Below, piece after piece: positions 1 through 7,849 of a stretch of 11,849 nt of DNA. Numbering within the stretch: position 1 is the stretch's first letter; each line of letters opens with the position of its first letter. Source of the DNA: Promethearchaeota archaeon (GTDB taxonomy: Archaea; Asgardarchaeota; Lokiarchaeia; Sigyniarchaeales; SOKP01). The position numbers and the translations under genes are program-made. Where the stretch lies: assembly GCA_019057865.1 (NCBI GenBank), contig JAHLWP010000066.1, positions 1 through 11,849 of the forward strand, read 5' to 3'. The notes under the pieces were generated by a model. It was not told the DNA's origin, did not search any database, and saw nothing but the letters and a program-made list of their open reading frames with translations.

Positions 1-232
1 TTGAAAATGAATTCAGCTCAATGGATTTCTAACATCTAAATCCTTTGAGACTGTTCTTTTAAAAGATAGAGAAAGAGATTATAAAGCAAAAAATCCCCTT
101 AGATTTCTAGGATCTTTGATTATATGAAAAATTTTATAGTTCATAATAGATTCGAAGAAATCCTAAAAGGATCTGAAGAAAATGGTTGATATTTCAAAAA
201 TAATAAATTTTGTAAAAATAATATGAATTTAT

Positions 233-895
233 ATGTCATATATTTATATGAAATCTTTAGAAAAAAAGGCAGAGAAATACGATAAAGGTATAAAAATTTT
301 AACATTAGGCAGGTTACCAAAAATAAAACAATACATTGTTGATAATTATTTAAAAAAAGATCAAATTTTATTGGATGTTGGAATGGGAACCGGAACATTT
401 GCTATATTATGTGCAAAGAAAGGTTTAAATGTTGTAGGAATTGACTTTTCAGAAAAGATGTTAGATATAGCAAGAAAGAACATTGAAAAAGAAGATTTAA
501 CTGAAACTATTGAAATTGTTAAAATGCCGGTTATTGAATTGGATGAAAAATTTGCTGATAATTCATTTGATAAGGTAACAGCAATTTTAGTATTCAGCGA
601 GCTTTATTTTAAAGAACAAGAGTTTTGCTTAAACCAAATTTTTCGTATCTTAAAAGAAAATGGAGAATTTATATTGATTGATGAGGTTAAACCTAAAATA
701 TTTTGGAGAAAAGTTTTATATTTTATAATTAGAATACCACTAGCTTTAATAACATTCATAAAAGCACATGTATCGACTAAATCATTAGAAGATATCGAAA
801 AAAGGTTGCAAAATCATAGTTTTATAATTATAGAAGAAAAATTATATTTACTAGACTCTTTAAAAATTATACGTTCAAAAAAAATTATTACATAA
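233..895 (+). CDS. Class I SAM-dependent methyltransferase (UbiE-like fold), probably the corrinoid-protein-associated methyltransferase (CpaM-like)
   Basis: SAM motif I LLDVGMGTG, motif II VVGIDFSEKML, post-II FADNSFDKV and RILKENGEFILIDE. The N-terminus YIYMKSLE..AEKYDKGIKILTLG resembles, from my recall, methyltransferases found next to HgcAB-like fusions. It lies 15 bp upstream of such a fusion. Confidence 0.88.
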   Translation: MSYIYMKSLEKKAEKYDKGIKILTLGRLPKIKQYIVDNYLKKDQILLDVGMGTGTFAILCAKKGLNVVGIDFSEKMLDIARKNIEKEDLTETIEIVKMPVIELDEKFADNSFDKVTAILVFSELYFKEQEFCLNQIFRILKENGEFILIDEVKPKIFWRKVLYFIIRIPLALITFIKAHVSTKSLEDIEKRLQNHSFIIIEEKLYLLDSLKIIRSKKIIT

Positions 896-910
896 TAATT
901 TAGAGTAAGT

Positions 911-2005
911 ATGAGCTTAAAATCTAAATTGAAATTATTTGGAGCTTATTTTTTCAGGTGGTTCGGCTTTTCAATTGAACCAGATCTTAGAATAATTGGA
1001 AATCCTAATCGTGATAGCCCAGTATTACTAACTTGTAATTTTAATCTAACTGTAAATAGAGTATTAAAGGAGATAAAGGATTTAGATTGTTACTTATTAA
1101 TTGCTCCTTCAAATGGAATAAATGTGTGGTGTGGAGCATGCGGTGAGGATTTTAAAACAGATGCAGTAATATCTATTATTAAAACAAGTGGCATTAACGC
1201 GCTTGTATCCCACAGAACTTTAATATTACCTCAATTAGGCGCTCCAGGATTAGAACCTATTGAAATTAAGAAGAAAACAGGATGGAGTGCTAAATTTGGT
1301 CCTGTATACGCTAAAGATATTCCTGCATATGTGCATAATAATTTTGAGAAAATTGATATGAATCAATGTGAAGTAAGATTTCCAATTTCTAAGAGGCTAG
1401 AAATGGCAAATTTATATTTGTTTAGTCTATTTATTTTATTTTCCACTTTTTATTGGATTGCTTCTATCTTTTTACCATTTCTGGATTTGTTTCTCTATTT
1501 AGATAGTATTTTAATTCTTATTATAGTCATTAATGGTTCATTATTGATTCTTCCAAGTTTTAAAACAAAGACAGGGAAAGTAAAAGTATGGATTTACGAA
1601 GTAGTCATTTTAATATTAATCTTACTTTTTAGTCTTTTTCTAATCTATAACATTTTCTTTTTAATTTGGAATATTACTTTATCAATTCTTATCACCTTAG
1701 TTATGTCAGAAGATTTTCATGGGCTTACTCCAACATATAAAAGTGAATTAGGAGAAAAAAGTTGGAAAAAAGGAAAAGATAAAATGAAATTTCTTTTCAG
1801 TGAATATAAATTACAACCTTATGGAATAATTAATATAGAGAGAGAAAAATGCATCGGTTGTAAGATATGTATTGAAGTATGTCCAAGAAATGTATACTTT
1901 TTTAATACGAGAGAAAATAAAGTAGATATTAAATATTCCGAGAAATGTATTAATTGTAATGCATGTGTAAAGCAATGTTTAGCTCATTGTTTGACGATTA
2001 TCTAA
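911..2005 (+). CDS. Fused HgcAB-like protein: CdhD/HgcA-type corrinoid-binding domain, about 4 transmembrane helices and a C-terminal 2x[4Fe-4S] ferredoxin
   Basis: HgcA-type motifs GNPNRDSPVLLTCNFNLT, GINVWCGACG (cap helix, Cys74), HRTLILPQLGAPG and FGPVYAKDIPAY. Hydrophobic segments at about aa 168-265 are followed by DFHGLTP (compare HgcA NFTGxTP). Ferredoxin motifs are C314IGCKICIEVCP and C346INCNACVKQC. Confidence 0.9.
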   Translation: MSLKSKLKLFGAYFFRWFGFSIEPDLRIIGNPNRDSPVLLTCNFNLTVNRVLKEIKDLDCYLLIAPSNGINVWCGACGEDFKTDAVISIIKTSGINALVSHRTLILPQLGAPGLEPIEIKKKTGWSAKFGPVYAKDIPAYVHNNFEKIDMNQCEVRFPISKRLEMANLYLFSLFILFSTFYWIASIFLPFLDLFLYLDSILILIIVINGSLLILPSFKTKTGKVKVWIYEVVILILILLFSLFLIYNIFFLIWNITLSILITLVMSEDFHGLTPTYKSELGEKSWKKGKDKMKFLFSEYKLQPYGIINIEREKCIGCKICIEVCPRNVYFFNTRENKVDIKYSEKCINCNACVKQCLAHCLTII

Positions 2006-2136
2006 AAAAACACATTCTAAAGGAATTTTAACTTTATTGATTATTAAATCCTCTTCTTTTTAAGTTTGGTGATTATATTTAAAATCATTTGAGACTTTAT
2101 GATAAATGTAAAGATAATTATACTATAGTGATATCA

Positions 2137-4047
2137 ATGTCGAATGACTTTAGTGAAGATATTTCATCAGTGTTGAAAAAATATAACAAGAAGAAAGTTT
2201 CAATAGATAAAGCAATTAAAAAATTTATATATCCAGGAGATCGAATTTTTATTGATTCTGGTTGTGCAGAACCAATTGATTTAACTGCGAAGTTAATAGA
2301 ACTTGGTCCTAAGCTTCCAGATGTAGAAATTCTGCATTTTCTTAGCCTTAGTGATCTTGATTACTATGAAACTGCTGGGGGTATAGAAGACTTATTTAGA
2401 CATAATGCATTCTTTATAGGAAAATCACTGCGTAAATATGTTAAAGCTGGTCAAGCAGATTATACACCAATGCTTCTATCAGAAATCCCTTGGTTATTCA
2501 AACTCGGTCGTATGCATTTAGAAACAGCTCTTATTCAGGTTAGCCTCCCTGACAGATACGGATTCTGTAGTTATGGAATAAATGTTGATATTGTAAAACC
2601 TATTTGTGAGGCTGCTGAATATGTTGTTGCAGAAATTAATCCGAATATGCCACGTACATTAGGAGATTCTTTTATTCATATGGACGATATAGATGCATTT
2701 GTACTCACAGACCATAATATAATAGAATTCAATTATGATCCTCCAGGAGAAGTCGAAACTAAAATAGCAAAATTTGTAGCATCTCTAATTGAAGATGAAT
2801 CAACAATTCAAATGGGAATTGGGGCTATCCCTAATGCAGTTACTTCAGAATTGGAAGTTAAAAAGGATTTAGGCGTACATAGTGAGGTATTTTCTGATGG
2901 GATTGTAGATCTTGTAGAGAAGGGTGTAGTTACTTGTAAAAAGAAAACAATTCATAAAGATAAAATCATTTGTTCTTTTGTTATGGGTTCTCGAAGACTA
3001 TATGATTTTGTTGATGATAACCCTATGGTTGAATTTCATCCTTGCGATTATTGTAATGATCCATATATTATCAGTCAAAATAAAAAACAGGTTGCTATAA
3101 ATGCTGCATTGACTGTAGACTTAACGGGTCAAGTAAATGCAGATTCTCTTGGTCATCAATTTTATAGTGGAATTGGTGGTCAAGTAGACTTTGTAAGAGG
3201 TGCGGGACGGGCTATGGATGGAAAACCAATAATGGTGGTACCTTCAACAGCAACCTTAAAAGATGGCACTATTGTTTCTCGGATTGTTCCTTTTCTACAA
3301 CCAGGCTCCGGAGTAGTTATTACTCGTGGTGATGTTCATTATATTATATCTGAATGGGGTATTGCTTATCTTTATGGTAAAAGCATTAGAGAAAGAGTTC
3401 TTGAGATGATTAACATAGCACATCCTGATTTTCGAGAGGAATTATTAGAACATGCTAAAAAATGGAAATATGTATATTCAGACCAAAATTTACCCATATC
3501 CATAGATGGAAGAATTGCTGTATATCCTGAAAAATATGAAACGATATTCAAATTAAAGAATGGAAAAACAATAAAAATTCGCCCTGTTAAACCGACTGAT
3601 GAGAGAATTATCCAAGAACTCCATTATTCGCTTGATGAGAAGGATAGATATTTAAGATTTTTTACTCCTGTTCATGATTTTCGTCATAAGAAAATGCAAC
3701 CGTTTGTAACAATCGATTACACTACAGATATGATTTTAGTGGGTGAATATAGTGAAGGGGGAGAAGAAAAAATTGTTGCTTTAGGAGCATTTTTCAAAAC
3801 AGTTCAACCCTCAGTAGCAGAATTAGCTTTTGTTGTTAATAAGAACTGGAGAGGATTGGGAATAACTAGATTTTTACTAAATTATTTAGCAAAAATTGGT
3901 CGTGAGCTTAATTATAAAAATTTTGGAGGGTCAATTTTACTTGAAAATAAACCTATGCTTCATATAATTGATACATCGGGATATAAACTAACATTCAAAA
4001 ACATTGAGAGTGGAGTTGCTGAATTTGCATTAAATATTTCAAAATGA
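2137..4047 (+). CDS. Acetyl-CoA hydrolase/4-hydroxybutyrate CoA-transferase family protein fused to a C-terminal GNAT acetyltransferase domain
   Basis: AEINPNMPRTLGDSFIH, IQMGIGAIP, DLGVHSE (catalytic Glu), VDLTGQVNAD, SGIGGQVDFVRGA and IAHPDFRE. The GNAT part has IRPVKPTD, YLRFF and AELAFVVNKNWRGLGI. The in-frame ATG at 2137 is preferred over the TTG at 2089. Confidence 0.9.
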   Translation: MSNDFSEDISSVLKKYNKKKVSIDKAIKKFIYPGDRIFIDSGCAEPIDLTAKLIELGPKLPDVEILHFLSLSDLDYYETAGGIEDLFRHNAFFIGKSLRKYVKAGQADYTPMLLSEIPWLFKLGRMHLETALIQVSLPDRYGFCSYGINVDIVKPICEAAEYVVAEINPNMPRTLGDSFIHMDDIDAFVLTDHNIIEFNYDPPGEVETKIAKFVASLIEDESTIQMGIGAIPNAVTSELEVKKDLGVHSEVFSDGIVDLVEKGVVTCKKKTIHKDKIICSFVMGSRRLYDFVDDNPMVEFHPCDYCNDPYIISQNKKQVAINAALTVDLTGQVNADSLGHQFYSGIGGQVDFVRGAGRAMDGKPIMVVPSTATLKDGTIVSRIVPFLQPGSGVVITRGDVHYIISEWGIAYLYGKSIRERVLEMINIAHPDFREELLEHAKKWKYVYSDQNLPISIDGRIAVYPEKYETIFKLKNGKTIKIRPVKPTDERIIQELHYSLDEKDRYLRFFTPVHDFRHKKMQPFVTIDYTTDMILVGEYSEGGEEKIVALGAFFKTVQPSVAELAFVVNKNWRGLGITRFLLNYLAKIGRELNYKNFGGSILLENKPMLHIIDTSGYKLTFKNIESGVAEFALNISK

Positions 4048-4093
4048 TTACAATTTTGTGTGTTTCTTATAAAAAATAGTAATTAAATTAATT

Positions 4094-5386
4094 TTACTCC
4101 CTTATCTCTCTATTCCTTAAATATCCAGCAATTTTAAGTGCTATTTTTTCTTGCCGCTTCCAATCACCAAAAGCATATCCTCTTGAAATTAGATTTTTAA
4201 TCTCTTTTTTATATACTTCACTAAGATGTTTAGCTGATTTTTTCTCAAATGGTGTTTGAGGTAAGGGAATAAAAGAATGTGCATGAATTCTTGCACCTAA
4301 TTTTGACAAATCCTTCATCATCTTAATTGTAAGTTCAATATCTTCATCGGATTCTCCGGGTAATCCAAAAATGAAGTCTACATTAATTTTTAGATTTGAT
4401 TTTATAGTTAAATTTACAGCGTTATATACATCATCGATTGTATGATCTCTATGGCATAAATCCAATATTTTTTGACTTCCTGATTGTGCTCCAATTGTTA
4501 TATTATCATTGTTGGCATATTTTAAGACTAATTCTAAAGTTTCATTTATTACATGTTCAGGTCTTACTTCTGAAGGGAAGGACCCGAAAAAGATTCTTCC
4601 ATTAGGAGCAATAATCTCCTTGATTTTAACCAGTAGTTCTTCTAATAATGGAATATTTAGCGTTTTTCCATTTAAAGAGGCATAAGAAAAAACATTAGGC
4701 GAAATAAATCTTATATCAGTAAGATCTCCATAATGATTTTTTAATTCTTGTACATATTTACAAATAAGCTCAATACTTCTGTGTCTTGGATAAACACCAG
4801 ATATATATGGTGTTTGACAAAAATAACAGACATAGGGGCACCCTCTCGTTATTTCTATGGCCCCTGACTTTGCATTTTTTATAGGGAATGGAGGATAATC
4901 ATCTAAATTAATAGGTTTTCGCTTACCAGTAAAAAAATACTCATTCGATTCATTTAAATAAGCAATCCCTTTAATATGTGTAAAATCTTTTCCCATATCT
5001 ATTTTTTTCAAGAGTTCTATTATAGTTTCTTCACCTTCACCTACGACAACTATATCAAATCCTAATTTAAGTGTTCCTAAAGGATCACCTGTTGGATGAG
5101 GTCCTCCCGCTAAAAGAATAACCTTTCTTGAGTATTTTTTCTTTAAAGTTGTAATTAGATCATAAATTTCCCATAATTGTGTAGTAAAAAAGGATATACC
5201 AATAACTACAAGTTTGTGTTTATTAATTATATCTTTCAAACTATGAATGAGCCCATCTCTTTTTGGGATAAAGTATATCGCAAATTGGTCAAAATATTGA
5301 TCTGTTTCTAGAGCTCCGATTAAGGCGTTAAAACTGTATATATTATTTTTATAATAATAAATAACAAAAGCAGTATTTTGAGACAA
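4094..5386 (-). CDS. B12-binding domain/radical SAM protein (MJ1487-like family)
   Basis: N-terminal B12-binding-like domain (ISFFTTQ, LAGGPHPTGDP, VVVGEGEET). Radical SAM motif EITRGCPYVCYFC (CxxxCxxC), then FFGSFPSEVRPE, IGAQSGS and VDFIFGLPGE. TTG start. Confidence 0.88.
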   Translation of the reverse strand: MSQNTAFVIYYYKNNIYSFNALIGALETDQYFDQFAIYFIPKRDGLIHSLKDIINKHKLVVIGISFFTTQLWEIYDLITTLKKKYSRKVILLAGGPHPTGDPLGTLKLGFDIVVVGEGEETIIELLKKIDMGKDFTHIKGIAYLNESNEYFFTGKRKPINLDDYPPFPIKNAKSGAIEITRGCPYVCYFCQTPYISGVYPRHRSIELICKYVQELKNHYGDLTDIRFISPNVFSYASLNGKTLNIPLLEELLVKIKEIIAPNGRIFFGSFPSEVRPEHVINETLELVLKYANNDNITIGAQSGSQKILDLCHRDHTIDDVYNAVNLTIKSNLKINVDFIFGLPGESDEDIELTIKMMKDLSKLGARIHAHSFIPLPQTPFEKKSAKHLSEVYKKEIKNLISRGYAFGDWKRQEKIALKIAGYLRNREIRE

Positions 5387-5534
5387 TTATTTCATCCTTA
5401 TAGTTATATCAAATAAATTGCAATATTCTACGATTATTATAGTTTTTTTAATGTAACTTTCTGGTACAGTATAATACTTAAACTTAAATTAGTTTTATGT
5501 GATTAAATAATAAAATTCAAATTGGGAATATATT

Positions 5535-5999
5535 ATGCTATTTAATGATTTTATTGCAACGACAATTCAAGAGGTAGGATTATCGTGGATTGACTTCTAT
5601 TCGATAGGTCATATCTGTTTCGGGGTTGGACTTTTTCTATTTTTTTCATTGTTTTACACTATACCGAAGAAAAAAGGGAAAATTCCAATATTTTCATTGC
5701 TATTTGTATTTATCTGTACGATGGTAATAGTAATTGCTTGGGAAATTGTGGAAAATACTGTTTTTATTTTTTTAGATTGGAAATTTGAGGGACGAGCTGA
5801 TAGTTGGCAAAATATAACTACCGATATGATATTTGGTGCAATTGGCGCACTTGGTTCATGGCTCTTTGCCTATTTAATCTTTGAGAAAGATAAGAATGCT
5901 TGGGGATATTATATCTTTGGCTTTATAGGATTTGCACTGTGGCTCAGTGTTTTCATAATATTACGGTATATAACTCTTAAAAATTCTCCAATTATTTAA
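5535..5999 (+). CDS. Hypothetical integral membrane protein (about 4 TM), possibly a metal-binding membrane hydrolase
   Basis: Four hydrophobic segments carry polar motifs DFYSIGH, AWEIVE and DSWQNITTD. Confidence 0.7.
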   Translation: MLFNDFIATTIQEVGLSWIDFYSIGHICFGVGLFLFFSLFYTIPKKKGKIPIFSLLFVFICTMVIVIAWEIVENTVFIFLDWKFEGRADSWQNITTDMIFGAIGALGSWLFAYLIFEKDKNAWGYYIFGFIGFALWLSVFIILRYITLKNSPII

Positions 6000-6000
6000 C

Positions 6001-6014
6001 TTTTTTTTTATTTT
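6001..6014 (+). terminator. Oligo-T tract, probable archaeal-type terminator
   Basis: TTTTTTTTTATTTT begins 2 nt after the stop of 5535..5999. Confidence 0.45.
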
Positions 6015-6043
6015 AAGAAATTAATTACTAAGTTGTTTTAGTA

Positions 6044-6262
6044 ATGAATCCAATTGCTCCTGGTCATCCAAGGAGGAGAGAGTATGTCTTAACTGGAGGT
6101 TATATAACTCAAGCATATGGTTCTTCAAAGATTTCAGAGAGTAAAACAATGCAAATTGAGTTTTCTGACAGAATAAGGATTCTTGACAAGAAATTAAGAA
6201 AAATTGTAATTCAAACTCTTGCAGAAATAATAGTTAATGAATATAAACAAATTAGATTATAA
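6044..6262 (+). pseudogene. Probable C-terminal fragment of an N-formylglutamate amidohydrolase-like protein
   Basis: GGYITQAYG followed by MQIEFSDRIR matches the recalled FGase-family C-terminal signature GGYITxxYG...QxE. The ORF is only 72 aa, and an in-frame TAA at 6029-6031 prevents upstream extension. Confidence 0.55.
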
Positions 6263-7441
6263 TTAAGATGATAGTGGAAAGGTTCCATATACTCTCCATA
6301 TTGCTATATCTTCAAATCCTAAAATCTCTGTTTGAGTTAATTGCCCATTACATGTGTCCTTTACTTTGTGCCATAGTATTTTTGAGATCTCATCAATTGA
6401 TTTATCCTCAGTTATAATTTTTGAAGCATCTACATCAATATTACATTTCATCCAATCACAAGTTTTTGGATTTCCACAGATTTTAATAACTGGGGTCACA
6501 GGATTGCCAGTAGGAGTGCCCTGTCCTGTTGTCATTATAATTAATTGAGAACCTGCCGCAGCAAGACCTGTCATCGATTCTACATCAATTCCGGGTTCAT
6601 TCATCAACCATAATCCTTTTCCTTTAGGTACTTCTGAGTAGTTGATAACACCTTGAATAGGGGCTTTTCCTGCTTTAGCTATCGTTCCTAAGGATTTTTC
6701 TTCGATTGTTGTTAAACCTCCTTTTATATTACCGGGAGTCGGTTGGATACCTCTGAAATCAATTCCTAATCTCATTGTTCTTTCTAAAAATGCATCTAAG
6801 AGTCGTTTAATTTTTTCAGCAGTTTTTTCGTCTCTTGCTCGCTTTATTAATAGATGTTCAGTTCCTATCCATTCAGTAAATTCTGGAAGAATAAATGTAC
6901 CCCCTAATTCAATTATTTTATCAGAGATGATACCTACTGCTGGATTAGCAGTAATTCCAGATATTGAATCCGATCCTCCACATTCTAAACCTAAAACCAA
7001 ATGTGAGAAATCAAATGGTTCTCGCTTTAATTCTTTCGCTTCTCCAGTCATTTTTTTAGCTAATTTTATACCTTTTTCAATTGCAGCAATTGAACCACCT
7101 TTAACATCTTGAACATTAAAAAATTCTACTGGTTTTTTAGATCTTTTTATTTGATTTGCTAATTGTCTGCTAGTAAGATTTTCACAACCTAATCCAATGA
7201 CTAAGGCTCCATAAACATTGGGATTTTTGGCTAGCCCTGCCAAAGTGCGGAGTGTGTATGTGAAATCGCGCCCGAACTGAGCACAACCAAGGGGATGGCA
7301 AATTTCAACAGAATTTTCTACTTTTTTCGCTATTTGCTTGGCGATATTATTTACACATACGACACTCGGCAAAATTACAATTTTATTTCGAATACCTACT
7401 TGCTTATTTAGACGTTGAAATCCTAAAAATTCTTCACCCAT
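6263..7441 (-). CDS. UxaA/GarD-family dehydratase, catalytic (large) subunit
   Basis: VGIRN, HPLGC, LVIGLGCE, GLECGGSDSISGITANPAVG, PTPGNIKGGLTTIEEKSLG, and MTTGQGTPTGNPVTPVIK. Confidence 0.9.
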   Translation of the reverse strand: MGEEFLGFQRLNKQVGIRNKIVILPSVVCVNNIAKQIAKKVENSVEICHPLGCAQFGRDFTYTLRTLAGLAKNPNVYGALVIGLGCENLTSRQLANQIKRSKKPVEFFNVQDVKGGSIAAIEKGIKLAKKMTGEAKELKREPFDFSHLVLGLECGGSDSISGITANPAVGIISDKIIELGGTFILPEFTEWIGTEHLLIKRARDEKTAEKIKRLLDAFLERTMRLGIDFRGIQPTPGNIKGGLTTIEEKSLGTIAKAGKAPIQGVINYSEVPKGKGLWLMNEPGIDVESMTGLAAAGSQLIIMTTGQGTPTGNPVTPVIKICGNPKTCDWMKCNIDVDASKIITEDKSIDEISKILWHKVKDTCNGQLTQTEILGFEDIAIWRVYGTFPLSS

Positions 7442-7722
7442 TTCTTTTTACCCTCCTCAAGATAAGCGCTTTTAACATTATGAATATGAATCCAATCCCC
7501 TTTCATAATATCTTCTGTAGCAATCCCAATAATTTCACCATATTTGAAGATTAATTCTCCTTTTTTGATGTCGCTTAAAGCAACTTTATGACCATAAGGT
7601 ATAACTTGATTTATTTTAATCGTTTGATTCTTGTTAATTTCAATTATCTCATTTCGGGGAATTTCTTCTAAAAGCGTGGTGCAATTATCTTTAGGATTCA
7701 TTCTTATGAATTTTTTTCTCAT
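7423..7722 (-). CDS. UxaA-family dehydratase small subunit (SAF domain)
   Basis: PKDNC, IPYGHKVAL, FKYGEIIGIATEDI and GDWIHIHNV. It overlaps the downstream large-subunit gene by 19 nt. Confidence 0.9.
   Translation of the reverse strand: MRKKFIRMNPKDNCTTLLEEIPRNEIIEINKNQTIKINQVIPYGHKVALSDIKKGELIFKYGEIIGIATEDIMKGDWIHIHNVKSAYLEEGKKKWVKNF
7452..7458 (-). promoter_or_regulatory. Shine-Dalgarno-like site for the UxaA large subunit
   Basis: The minus strand reads GAGGAGG-GTAAAAAGAA-ATG at the 7441 start, embedded in the 3' end of the SAF gene. Confidence 0.55.
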
Positions 7723-7849
7723 ATATAATCCTATTTTTTAATAAAATTCTTAATTTATTTATTTAAAAGAAATATTTTAAATTTTTATTAAATACTAATA
7801 AATATTCTAGGTTTTAGTATAAGTAATTGAAATTGTTCTAAGTTTAAAT

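Noticed and set aside
141-398. 85-aa minus-strand ORF
   Set aside because: Antisense shadow of the methyltransferase; its F/L-rich composition reflects the A-rich sense strand.
911-2005. Calling this a bona fide mercury methylase hgcA/hgcB
   Set aside because: It has a fused architecture, an altered cap-helix motif and no HgcB CxECGAC signature or Cys-rich tail.
6354-6548. 64-aa plus-strand ORF
   Set aside because: Lies entirely antisense within the well-supported UxaA-family gene.
6927-7112. 61-aa plus-strand ORF
   Set aside because: Antisense shadow within the UxaA-family gene, with no recognisable motifs.
7723-7849. Short inverted repeats (TTAATAAAA/TTTTATTAA and ATACTAA/TTAGTAT) in the divergent intergenic region
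   Set aside because: Expected by chance in such AT-rich DNA; a divergent promoter is likely, but specific sites cannot be assigned.
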